A stretch of 64,000 bases of DNA from an uncultured Bacteroidia bacterium (GCA_964481195.1 CAYZTB010000009.1:11047-75046), one strand, 5' to 3'; shown: positions 9,764 through 18,539, counted from the stretch's first letter. Notes: generated by a model not told the origin, from the sequence alone. Translations and numbers: made by a program.

Positions 9764-10918
9764 TTAAATTAATTCGAGAATTTTTTTTCTTGTTTCAATA
9801 TCGGTGTTTATATAATCTTGATACGTTGGATTTTTAATGAACGACACAGAGTTCATACATGTTTCAATTAGTTCGCTCATCTTTAAAAAACTTATTTTAC
9901 CACTTAAAAACTCTTGTACTGCTATTTCATTTGCTGCATTTAAAATACAAGGACTATTCCCTCCCTTTTCCATAGCAATAAAGGCTAGAGCAAGGTTACG
10001 AAAAGTTTCAGTATCAGGCTTTTCAAATGTAAACGATGGATAATCCATGAAATTAAAGCGCTTAAATGAAGATGATATTCTTTTTGGGTATGACAACGCG
10101 TATTGAATAGGAAGTTTCATGTCCGGCAATCCTAATTGAGCTTTCATGCTTCCATCTTTAAACTGAGCGATGGAATGAATAATACTTTGTGGATGCACAA
10201 TTACTTCTATCTGATCTGCTTTTAGATTAAATAGCCACTTGGCTTCAATAACCTCCAAGCCTTTATTCATTAAGGAAGCAGAATCGATGGTGATTTTAGC
10301 CCCCATCTCCCAATTAGGATGCTGCAGGGCTTGCTCTTTTTTAACAGACTCTAAAAATTTCTTGTCCTTACCTCGAAATGGTCCGCCAGAAGCAGTTAAA
10401 TATATTTTTTCAATTGGATTTTCCCATTCTCCTGCCATACACTGGAAAATGGCAGAATGTTCAGAATCTACGGGATAGATATTTACTCCATTTTCTTTAG
10501 CTAACGCAGTTACAAGTTCTCCTGCAACTACTAAAGATTCCTTATTAGCAAGAGCAATATTTTTTTTTGCTTTAATAGCTGCTAGGGTGGAAGCTAAGCC
10601 TGCATATCCAACTATTGCAGCCAGCACTATGTGAATACTATCCATTTGAACTACTTGTTCAACAGATTTATTTCCAGCAAATACTTTTATGTCGTATCTA
10701 CTAAGCGAAGTTTTTACTTGATTGTATTTGCTTTCATCGGCAATGACTACCGCATTAGGTTTGAAAGCTATTGCTTGTTGGATAAGAAGATCTGCATTGC
10801 CATTTGCAGTAAGTACTTCCACAACAAATTTATCAAGATGCTCATTTATTACTTCGAGTGCCTGCGTTCCAATAGAACCGGTTGAGCCTAAAATAGCTAT
10901 GTGTTTTTTGTCGCTCAT
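9764..10918 (-). CDS. dxr: 1-deoxy-D-xylulose-5-phosphate reductoisomerase
   Basis: LGSTGSIG, LANKESLV, PVDSEHSAIFQ, TASGGPF, HPNWEMG, MNKGLEVIEA. Confidence 0.97.
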   Translation of the reverse strand: MSDKKHIAILGSTGSIGTQALEVINEHLDKFVVEVLTANGNADLLIQQAIAFKPNAVVIADESKYNQVKTSLSRYDIKVFAGNKSVEQVVQMDSIHIVLAAIVGYAGLASTLAAIKAKKNIALANKESLVVAGELVTALAKENGVNIYPVDSEHSAIFQCMAGEWENPIEKIYLTASGGPFRGKDKKFLESVKKEQALQHPNWEMGAKITIDSASLMNKGLEVIEAKWLFNLKADQIEVIVHPQSIIHSIAQFKDGSMKAQLGLPDMKLPIQYALSYPKRISSSFKRFNFMDYPSFTFEKPDTETFRNLALAFIAMEKGGNSPCILNAANEIAVQEFLSGKISFLKMSELIETCMNSVSFIKNPTYQDYINTDIETRKKILELI

Positions 10919-11805
10919 CAGAACACAATATATTCTTGTGGGTCAATAGCTTTTCCATTGTACCATAATTCAAAATGCAAATGTGGTCCACTACTTTGTT
11001 CGCCCGAATTTCCTATTACAGCAATGGCTTCTCCGGCTTTCACATACTGTCCGGCTTTTTTTAGTAGCACGGAGTTGTGCTTGTAAGCGGAAACTAAATT
11101 GTTTGAATGTTGTATCTGAATGGTAAATCCAGTTTCTGAAGTCCAGCCCGAAAATAATACGGTTCCATCTAATGTTGCTTTTATGGGTTCGTTTTCTTTT
11201 GCCACTATATCTGTTCCGTAATGTTCTTGATTTGCATTAAAAGAAGATGTTACCGTTCCTTTAACAGGTGTAAAAAAGAAAAAATTACTAATGCTTTCCT
11301 TGCCCGATTTTTTTTCTGAAAAGGTCAAAGAGTATTTGTCTTGTGCTTCAATCTCTGCACGAAAGAGGGAATCTTCTTTGGAAGGCCTGGTGTCAATTGC
11401 CTTTTGATCTTTACTGTTTTTAGTATTTGAATAACCAGCAGATTTATTGTTAAGGCTGTCGTTTCCAATATTTCCACTCATGATATTCATGATGTTTTTC
11501 ATGGCAGCTGAGCTTAGCTCCAATTCATGCTGAAGAGAATCAAATTTTAATGTAAGGCTAACCAGCTCTTTTCTGGTTTTTAGTTCCGATCCATAACCGG
11601 GGATGTATGCTTTCATCGGAGTAAAAGCCACCAAGCTTACCGTTAGTGTTATCATTATTATGGAGATTAAGCCAACCGTAATGAAGATGTTTAATGGGGT
11701 TAGTTTTAATGAAAACTGCTCTTCAAAACTATCGTCATTCATTACTACAAGCCGGTACCTGTTGCGGATTTTACTCCAAAAAGTAGATTTTTTCTTTTCT
11801 TCCAT
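10918..11805 (-). CDS. M23-family peptidase
   Basis: HYGTD and GPHLHFE motifs with an N-terminal TM helix. Start reassigned to MEEKKK (11805) because TATCTTTG lies on the minus strand at 11814-11821. Confidence 0.9.
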   Translation of the reverse strand: MEEKKKSTFWSKIRNRYRLVVMNDDSFEEQFSLKLTPLNIFITVGLISIIMITLTVSLVAFTPMKAYIPGYGSELKTRKELVSLTLKFDSLQHELELSSAAMKNIMNIMSGNIGNDSLNNKSAGYSNTKNSKDQKAIDTRPSKEDSLFRAEIEAQDKYSLTFSEKKSGKESISNFFFFTPVKGTVTSSFNANQEHYGTDIVAKENEPIKATLDGTVLFSGWTSETGFTIQIQHSNNLVSAYKHNSVLLKKAGQYVKAGEAIAVIGNSGEQSSGPHLHFELWYNGKAIDPQEYIVF

Positions 11806-11893
11806 TAGCCCCGCAAAGATATGGTTTTGGGCATACTTCATAGGGAAGTACTCATCAAATTCAGAATAATAATTAGAGGCATTAAAAATATAT

Positions 11894-11923
11894 TTTGTGG
11901 AATCAAAATCCTTTTTACCTTTG
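11894..11923 (+). promoter_or_regulatory. Sigma-A promoter of the sulfate assimilation operon
   Basis: TTTG 11894-11897, 18-nt spacer, TACCTTTG 11916-11923. Confidence 0.75.
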
Positions 11924-11944
11924 CCCCATCATTTAGAAACAACA

Positions 11945-12010
11945 ATGACAAACAATAAGCTCAACACGGTTAATAACGCATACAGCACTTGCTGTATGAT
12001 GTGTATTTAA
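11945..12010 (+). CDS. Cys/Met-rich leader peptide 1 (MTNNKLNTVNNAYSTCCMMCI, 21 aa)
   Basis: Hand translation. A-rich start context; five consecutive Cys/Met codons TGC TGT ATG ATG TGT at 11990-12004. Confidence 0.85.
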   Translation: MTNNKLNTVNNAYSTCCMMCI

Positions 12011-12014
12011 TTGT

Positions 12015-12058
12015 GGAAGAGTTTTAGTTAGTCAATAACGATATAACAAGGCTCTTCC
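12015..12058 (+). promoter_or_regulatory. Antiterminator of attenuator 1
   Basis: GGAAGAGTTTT (12015-12025) pairs with AAGGCTCTTCC (12048-12058), the 5' arm of terminator 1 (11 bp, 2 G-U). Confidence 0.8.
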
Positions 12059-12081
12059 GAAAGGAGGGGCCTTCTTTTTTT
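12048..12081 (+). terminator. Attenuator terminator 1
   Basis: AAGGCTCTTCC-GAAA-GGAGGGGCCTT hairpin (11 bp) followed by C and T7. Confidence 0.9.
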
Positions 12082-12106
12082 GCATCAAACTAATAGATAA
12101 AATAAA

Positions 12107-12208
12107 ATGAAAAATAAAATCAACATTCATACTTCAACCTTAAACATTACCCGTATGTGTATTTGTATGTGCATGTGTAGAGCGAGGGCCTATGCGTTGA
12201 GGTGTTGA
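12107..12208 (+). CDS. Cys/Met-rich leader peptide 2 (MKNKINIHTSTLNITRMCICMCMCRARAYALRC, 33 aa)
   Basis: Hand translation. Seven of eight codons at 12155-12178 are Cys/Met; A-rich start context. Confidence 0.85.
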   Translation: MKNKINIHTSTLNITRMCICMCMCRARAYALRC

Positions 12209-12228
12209 TGAAATTACACTTAAATGTC

Positions 12229-12265
12229 AAAAGCCCTTCCGCAAAAACGCAGAAGGGCTTTTTTT
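12229..12265 (+). terminator. Attenuator terminator 2
   Basis: AAAAGCCCTTC...GAAGGGCTTTT stem running into T7, ending 37 nt before the sir start. GCGAGGGC (12182-12189) can alternatively pair with GCCCTTCCGC. Confidence 0.9.
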
Positions 12266-12302
12266 ATGTCTTTAAACAAAATAATTTAAAAAAATAAATA
12301 CA

Positions 12303-14432
12303 ATGCAATCATTTAGAACAGAATTAGAAAACCCAGTTATAGAAAAAGACATTCTTGATTTAGAGAAAAAAATAATTCTATTTAAGGAAGGTAAAATAGA
12401 TTCAGAAAAATTTAGATCTCTGCGGCTAGCAAGGGGAGTATACGGACAGCGGCAGCAAGGGGTGCAGATGATTCGAATAAAAATCCCACTTGGAAAAATA
12501 ACAGTAAAACAACTTTTGAAAATTGCAGATATATCTGACGAATATTCAAATGGGAACTTACATTTAACTACACGACAAGATGTGCAAATACATTATGTGT
12601 CGCTTGATAAAACGCCAGAGCTATGGGCTAAGCTAGAAAAGGATGATATCACGCTGCGAGAAGCTTGCGGAAACACTGTGCGAAACATCACCGCCTCTTC
12701 TTTTGCGGGGATCGATCCGAAAGAACCATTTGATGTCACTCCCTATGCAGAAGGCTTGTTTCGTTTCTTCCTAAGAAATCCTATACAAGAAAACCTTGGG
12801 AGAAAATTCAAAATTGCTTTTTCGTCAAGCGAAAAGGACACAGCTTTTGTTTTTATTCATGATTTAGGCTTAATTCCAAAGGTTAAAATAATTGAGGGAA
12901 CAATAGTAAAAGGATTCAAGGTTGTAATTGCCGGTGGTCTTGGTGCGCAGCCACAATTGGCACAAATTGCCGATGAGTTTTTGCCAGCTGAATATTTAAT
13001 ACCGTTTGCTGAAGCAGTTGTACGTGTTTTTGATAGATATGGGGAAAGAAACAATCGTCATAAAGCTCGACTAAAATATTTGATAGCGAAGATTGGACTC
13101 GAAGAGTTTCTAAGGTTAGTAAAAGAAGAACGGCTTGCTTTAAAATCTAAGCCATCAGAAATAAAGATACTGCCGCCTGTTTCTGATTATTTTAATCAGG
13201 AAGAAAAAGGGAAAGTGTTTACTACTTTTAAAGTATCGGACACTGCTAATTATTTACAATGGAGAAATTCAAATGTAGTAGAGCAAAAGCAGCAAGGGTT
13301 TTTTGCAGTAGGCGTGCGGGTTCCATTGGGAAATATTCATTCAGATAAAGCACGGCAACTAGCCGATATAGTAAAAAAATATTCCTCTGACGATCTTCGA
13401 ATTACACTGAATCAAGGATTTTTGCTTCGGTTTGTTCCTAAAGATGCATTAGTTACTCTATACAAAGAGTTGAGTGCAATCAACCTTTCTTTAGCAGGCT
13501 TTGATAGCCTTGGCGATATTACAGCTTGCCCGGGTACCGATACTTGTAATCTTGGAATTTCAAACAGCACAGGAATTGCGCTTGAGTTGGAAAAAGTTAT
13601 TCAAAACGAGTATGCTGATTTGCTTTATGAAAAAAACATTAAAATTAAAATCAGTGGCTGCATGAACTCGTGCGGACAACATTCATTGGCGCATATTGGA
13701 TTTCATGGAAGCTCATTAAAATCTGGTTCTCATGTATTACCTGCTTTGCAAGTCCTATTAGGCGGTGGAGTGATTGGAGATGGATCAGGTAAAATATCTG
13801 ATAAAGTAATAAAGGTACCCAGCAAGCGAGGACCTGCTGTGCTACGTACCTTATTAGATGACTACGAGAAACAAAAAAATGGAAGTGAAACATTTAACCA
13901 GTATTATGAAAGAAAAGGCAATAATTATTTCTTTCAATTACTTAGACATCATGCTGATTTATCTACGCTTATTGAAAACGAATACAAAGACTGGGGCTAT
14001 GAAGAATCTTTTAAGCCTTTAATTGGTGTAGGGGAATGTGCCGGTGTTATGATAGATTTAGTAGCCACGTTGTTTTTAGAAGCGCAAGAAAAATTAGACG
14101 CTGCACAAACTGCATTTCAGGAAGACTTATTTGCAGATTCCATTTATCAAAGTTACGGTGCTTTTGTAAATGGAGCCAAAGCACTGTTGTTATCGAAGCA
14201 AATAACAAGTAATACACAACATGGAATACTTAATGAGTTTGATAAACATTTTGTAGCTACAGGTGATTTTGAATTTGAAGGAAAGTTTGTTGAAGAGGTT
14301 TTGGAAATCAATAAAGCAGAGCCAACAAAATCTTTCTCTCAAGCATATTTTTTTAATGCAAAAAAGTTTATCGAGAACATTATTCAAAAGAGAGAAAATC
14401 AATTGAGTCAACAAAATAATGTACTTGCTTAA
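12303..14432 (+). CDS. Siroheme sulfite reductase (NIR/SIR family) with C-terminal HEPN-like domain
   Basis: HLTTRQDVQ, REACGNTVRN, ACPGTDTC and KISGCMNSCGQH siroheme/4Fe-4S ligands; extra ~125-aa C-terminal helical domain; first gene of the cys operon. Confidence 0.9.
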   Translation: MQSFRTELENPVIEKDILDLEKKIILFKEGKIDSEKFRSLRLARGVYGQRQQGVQMIRIKIPLGKITVKQLLKIADISDEYSNGNLHLTTRQDVQIHYVSLDKTPELWAKLEKDDITLREACGNTVRNITASSFAGIDPKEPFDVTPYAEGLFRFFLRNPIQENLGRKFKIAFSSSEKDTAFVFIHDLGLIPKVKIIEGTIVKGFKVVIAGGLGAQPQLAQIADEFLPAEYLIPFAEAVVRVFDRYGERNNRHKARLKYLIAKIGLEEFLRLVKEERLALKSKPSEIKILPPVSDYFNQEEKGKVFTTFKVSDTANYLQWRNSNVVEQKQQGFFAVGVRVPLGNIHSDKARQLADIVKKYSSDDLRITLNQGFLLRFVPKDALVTLYKELSAINLSLAGFDSLGDITACPGTDTCNLGISNSTGIALELEKVIQNEYADLLYEKNIKIKISGCMNSCGQHSLAHIGFHGSSLKSGSHVLPALQVLLGGGVIGDGSGKISDKVIKVPSKRGPAVLRTLLDDYEKQKNGSETFNQYYERKGNNYFFQLLRHHADLSTLIENEYKDWGYEESFKPLIGVGECAGVMIDLVATLFLEAQEKLDAAQTAFQEDLFADSIYQSYGAFVNGAKALLLSKQITSNTQHGILNEFDKHFVATGDFEFEGKFVEEVLEINKAEPTKSFSQAYFFNAKKFIENIIQKRENQLSQQNNVLA

Positions 14433-14442
14433 TGCCACACAA

Positions 14443-14499
14443 ATGAAAAGAATAAATAAACAAATTTCATTAATATATTTTTATTGTTGTTTTAATTGA
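14443..14499 (+). CDS. Putative small Cys-Cys peptide (MKRINKQISLIYFYCCFN)
   Basis: Hand translation in the sir-cobA gap; tandem TGT TGT; no terminator hairpin follows. Confidence 0.35.
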   Translation: MKRINKQISLIYFYCCFN

Positions 14500-14543
14500 C
14501 AATAAAATCAGAATAAAAAATTTATCAACTTAAAAATAATACA

Positions 14544-15317
14544 ATGAAAAATAAAAATATACAACCTAAATTAACTTTAGTAGGCGCAGGCCCCGGAGAT
14601 CCAGACTTAATAACCGTAAAAGCTATCACCGCTTTAGGAAAAGCAGATGTTATACTTTATGATGCTTTAGCAAACAAGAAACTTTTGCAATACGCACCAT
14701 CGAGCATCAAAAAAATATTTGTAGGAAAGCGGAATGGAAAGCATTCCTTAAAGCAAGATCAAATAAATAATCTTATAGTTGACTTAGCTTTTACTTACGG
14801 CAATGTAGTCCGATTGAAAGGAGGCGACCCATTTGTATTTGGAAGAGGCTATGAAGAAATTCAGCATGCTGAGTTGTTCAATATTGTAACCGAAGTAATA
14901 CCAGGTATTTCATCCTCAGTAGGTGTTCCTGCCTTGGCTGGTATTCCAGTAACTCATCGTGGGCTAAGCGAAAGTTTTTGGGTAATTACAGGCACAACTC
15001 GTACAGGGGAATTATCTGCTGACATTAAGCTTGCCTCTCAATCAAAGGCTACGGTTGTCATTTTAATGGGCGTTAATAAGTTAAGCAAAATTGTAAAAAT
15101 CTACAAAGCTGCTGGCAAGGAAAAATTACCAATAGCATTAATTCAAAATGGAACTCTGCCTGATGAGCGTATTGCAATTGCAACAGTAGCAACAATAGAA
15201 GAAGCAGTGCAATTTAAAAAGATTGCTTCTCCCGCAATTATTATTATTGGAGAGGTGGTCAGTTTGCACCCAGAATTTATTTCTCAGGAATTATTTGAAA
15301 AATACGTATTGAATTAA
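14544..15317 (+). CDS. cobA: Uroporphyrinogen-III C-methyltransferase
   Basis: LVGAGPGDPDLIT, VRLKGGDPFVFGRGYEE, IPVTHRG. Confidence 0.95.
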   Translation: MKNKNIQPKLTLVGAGPGDPDLITVKAITALGKADVILYDALANKKLLQYAPSSIKKIFVGKRNGKHSLKQDQINNLIVDLAFTYGNVVRLKGGDPFVFGRGYEEIQHAELFNIVTEVIPGISSSVGVPALAGIPVTHRGLSESFWVITGTTRTGELSADIKLASQSKATVVILMGVNKLSKIVKIYKAAGKEKLPIALIQNGTLPDERIAIATVATIEEAVQFKKIASPAIIIIGEVVSLHPEFISQELFEKYVLN

Positions 15318-15335
15318 TCTTTGAATATATATATA

Positions 15336-16904
15336 ATGAACACAATTAATGAAAGTTCTACTATGTTAGAAGCCATACCTCGTACTGGTAATAAATTGTT
15401 TCCAATTTTTTTGAAATTGGAGAAACTAAAAGTCCTGATTGTTGGAGGTGGCTTGGTCGCTTTGGAAAAGCTTAAAGCTGTTTTAAATAATAGTCCAGAA
15501 ACAGCAATAGTCCTAATAGCTCCAGATATTATTCCCGAAATAGTTGTGCTAGCTTCTGGCCTGCAAACAATTTCAATCAAGCAACGAGTGTTTTTTCCAG
15601 GCGATTTATACTCGGCAGATCTTGTAATAGCTGCAACTGCCGATTCGGACACAAATAAAATTATTAAATCTGAATCACAGAAGCGAGGCATTTTGGTAAA
15701 CGTAGCTGATACTCCAGAGTTATGTGATTTTTATTTGGGAAGTATTGTGAGTAAAGGAGATTTAAAAATTGCCGTTTCTACCAACGGCAAATCTCCTACC
15801 ATGGCTAAGCGTGTAAAAGAAGTGTTGAATGAATCTTTTCCTCAGGAAACACAAGGCGTATTGGATAATCTGGAAACAATAAGGAAAAAATTGAACGGAG
15901 ATTTTTCCGATAAAGTTAGGAAGCTAAATGAAATTACTGCTGTGCTAGCAATAGAAAACAATTTAGCATCCTTGCAGCCACATATTTCGGTAGAACATGA
16001 AAACGCTAAGCCTCCCTATAAACAAACAAAATACTGGTTACTGTATTCTTTGTCTGCACTAGCTTTAATGATTGTTGGTCATTTATTATTTTCGTTTTTG
16101 CCAGTACCATACATAGGCGAATACATAGGTGATACTGTCGGGAAAATAGATAAAACAATATTGTTTTTTGTATTAGGAGGTTTTTTAGCTCAAATGGTAG
16201 ATGGCGCATTGGGCATGGCTTATGGCGTTACGGCTACTACTTTTTTACTTTCATATGGTATTGGAACTGCATCGGCAGTAGCGAGTGTTAAAGCTTCAGA
16301 AATATTTACCACAGGCGCTTCTGGTCTTATGCATTTGAAATTTAAAAATGTAAATACAAAACTGTTTAGGAGTTTATTATTCCCCGGTATTGTAGGTGCA
16401 ATTATTGGAGCGTATATACTTTCATCGCTAGGTAGTTACACGGATTATTTAAGACCATTTGTTTCTGCATATACATTAATATTAGGTGTAATAATTATTA
16501 GAAAAGCCATTCGTAAAAAAATACAAAAGCAAAAAATAAAGCGAGTCGGTCGGTTAGCATTGATTGGCGGTTTCCTCGATTCCATTGGTGGGGGAGGTTG
16601 GGGACCTATTGTTTCTTCTACTTTAATTGCAAGAGGCAGAGCGTTGCGTTATACTGTAGGATCGGTAAACCTGGCAGAATTTTTTATTACGCTGGCTAGT
16701 TCCATAACTTTTTTTACGCTTATAGGAATTCAACATTGGGATATTATTGTTGGATTAATTATTGGAGGAATGATTGCCTCGCCTTTTGCTGCCTACTTTA
16801 CTTCAAAAATACCAGTTAGAGCAGGGTTGATAACTGTTGGAATCGTAATAATAATTGTTAGTTTAAGAATACTAATAAAAACATATTTGAACCTATGGAC
16901 TTAA
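15336..16904 (+). CDS. Fusion of precorrin-2 dehydrogenase/ferrochelatase (CysG N-terminal part) and a TauE/SafE (TSUP) transporter
   Basis: LIVGGGLVA, VNVADTPELCDF and IAVSTNGKSP, then a multi-TM domain with DGALGMAYG and DSIGGGGWGP. Confidence 0.85.
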   Translation: MNTINESSTMLEAIPRTGNKLFPIFLKLEKLKVLIVGGGLVALEKLKAVLNNSPETAIVLIAPDIIPEIVVLASGLQTISIKQRVFFPGDLYSADLVIAATADSDTNKIIKSESQKRGILVNVADTPELCDFYLGSIVSKGDLKIAVSTNGKSPTMAKRVKEVLNESFPQETQGVLDNLETIRKKLNGDFSDKVRKLNEITAVLAIENNLASLQPHISVEHENAKPPYKQTKYWLLYSLSALALMIVGHLLFSFLPVPYIGEYIGDTVGKIDKTILFFVLGGFLAQMVDGALGMAYGVTATTFLLSYGIGTASAVASVKASEIFTTGASGLMHLKFKNVNTKLFRSLLFPGIVGAIIGAYILSSLGSYTDYLRPFVSAYTLILGVIIIRKAIRKKIQKQKIKRVGRLALIGGFLDSIGGGGWGPIVSSTLIARGRALRYTVGSVNLAEFFITLASSITFFTLIGIQHWDIIVGLIIGGMIASPFAAYFTSKIPVRAGLITVGIVIIIVSLRILIKTYLNLWT

Positions 16905-17596
16905 ATATTCTATCTAAAATCAACTCTGAGGTTTCAGGAAAAACTCCTTTAGCTGCGTTGACTGCAATTTCGAAAAATGAAGGAGTAGTTTTTTCTACCA
17001 GCTTTGGATTGGAGGATCAAGTTATGACCCACTTAATTTTTTCCAACAACCTGCCCATAAAAATTTTTACGCTGGATACAGGTAGATTGTTTCCTGAGAC
17101 CTATTCAGTTTGGAGCCGTACCAAAGAAATGTATAGTAAAGAAATACATGCGTATTCTCCAAATGAAAACTTAATTCAAGAGTTAATCTCTAAAAAGGGC
17201 CCCAACAGTTTTTATGAATCTGTAGAAAATAGATTGGAATGTTGCCATATCCGAAAAGTGGAACCTTTGCAACGAGCATTAAAAGGAAATTCTATTTGGA
17301 TAACCGGCATTCGTAAGGAACAATCGAATGCAAGGGGTGGCATTTCTTCTCTTGAATGGGATGATGTTAACAGTATCGTAAAATTTCATCCTTTGTTTGA
17401 TTGGAGTATGAATGAGGTAAAGAAATTTATTTCTGAAAACAATATTCCATACAACGCATTGCACGATAAAGGATTTCCAAGTATTGGTTGTCAGCCATGT
17501 ACGAGAGCAGTAAAAGAAGGAGAGGATGCCCGTGCAGGCCGTTGGTGGTGGGAGCAGAACAACAAAAAAGAATGTGGATTACATATACATAAATAG
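16895..17596 (+). CDS. cysH: Adenylyl-sulfate (APS/PAPS) reductase
   Basis: STSFGLED, LDTG, ECCHIRKVEPL, SIGCQPCT, KECGLH. Confidence 0.95.
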   Translation: MDLNILSKINSEVSGKTPLAALTAISKNEGVVFSTSFGLEDQVMTHLIFSNNLPIKIFTLDTGRLFPETYSVWSRTKEMYSKEIHAYSPNENLIQELISKKGPNSFYESVENRLECCHIRKVEPLQRALKGNSIWITGIRKEQSNARGGISSLEWDDVNSIVKFHPLFDWSMNEVKKFISENNIPYNALHDKGFPSIGCQPCTRAVKEGEDARAGRWWWEQNNKKECGLHIHK

Positions 17597-17603
17597 AAAA
17601 ATA

Positions 17604-18512
17604 ATGAAATACAAAAAATTAGATTATTTAGATCAACTAGAGTCTGAATCTATTCATATACTTCGAGAAGTGGCAGGTCAATTTGAACGACCCGCGTTGC
17701 TTTTTTCGGGAGGAAAAGATTCTATTACGCTTGTACATTTGGCATTAAAAGCTTTTCGTCCGGGCAAGTTTCCTTTTCCGCTCGTTCATATTGATACGGA
17801 GCATAATTTCCCTGAGGCAATTGAGTTTAGAGACAAACTAGCAAAGCAAATTGGCGAACGATTAATTGTTCGCAGTGTAGCGGATACCATAAAACAAAAA
17901 GGCTTGATTGAAAAACCTGGGCGATTTTACAGCAGGAACGCTTTGCAAACCCATACTTTACTTGAGACTATTGAAGAGTTTAAGTTTGATGCCTGCATTG
18001 GTGGAGCTCGTAGAGATGAAGAAAAGGCTAGAGCGAAGGAGCGTGTATTTTCTGTACGAGATGAATTTGGGCAGTGGAACCCTAAAAAACAAAGACCCGA
18101 ACTTTGGGGTCATTACAATGGAAGAATTAGCCAAGGTGAAAATGTTCGTGTTTTTCCTATTAGTAACTGGACCGAGTTGGATGTATGGAATTATATTAAG
18201 CGAGAGAAGATTGAACTACCATCCATCTATTTTTCTCATAAACGAAACTGTGTTATCAGGCCCGGTGGTTTACTGGCATTAACCGATTTTGTCTATACCG
18301 ATTCGCTGGATAAAATTGAAGAACGGACAGTTCGCTTTCGTACGGTGGGCGATGCTACGTGTACCGCTGCTGTTGAGTCCGAAGCAGAATCATTGGATGA
18401 CATCATTCGTGAAATTGAATTAACTAAAATAAGTGAACGAGGAGCTACTCGTTTAGATGACCAAACTTCGGAAGCGGCAATGGAGGACAGAAAGAAAGGA
18501 GGATATTTTTAA
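17604..18512 (+). CDS. cysD: Sulfate adenylyltransferase subunit 2
   Basis: LFSGGKDS, GARRDEEKARAKER, RFRTVGD, terminal GYF. Start reassigned to MKYKK (17604). Confidence 0.96.
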   Translation: MKYKKLDYLDQLESESIHILREVAGQFERPALLFSGGKDSITLVHLALKAFRPGKFPFPLVHIDTEHNFPEAIEFRDKLAKQIGERLIVRSVADTIKQKGLIEKPGRFYSRNALQTHTLLETIEEFKFDACIGGARRDEEKARAKERVFSVRDEFGQWNPKKQRPELWGHYNGRISQGENVRVFPISNWTELDVWNYIKREKIELPSIYFSHKRNCVIRPGGLLALTDFVYTDSLDKIEERTVRFRTVGDATCTAAVESEAESLDDIIREIELTKISERGATRLDDQTSEAAMEDRKKGGYF

Positions 18513-18539
18513 TAAAAACATTTTAACAAATAATACAAC

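Noticed and set aside
11945-12265. SAM riboswitch or T-box as the explanation for the cys leader terminators
   Set aside because: I see no SAM-I core or T-box consensus. The Cys/Met codon runs and their spacing to the antiterminator strands fit ribosome-mediated attenuation better. An Rfam scan would settle it.
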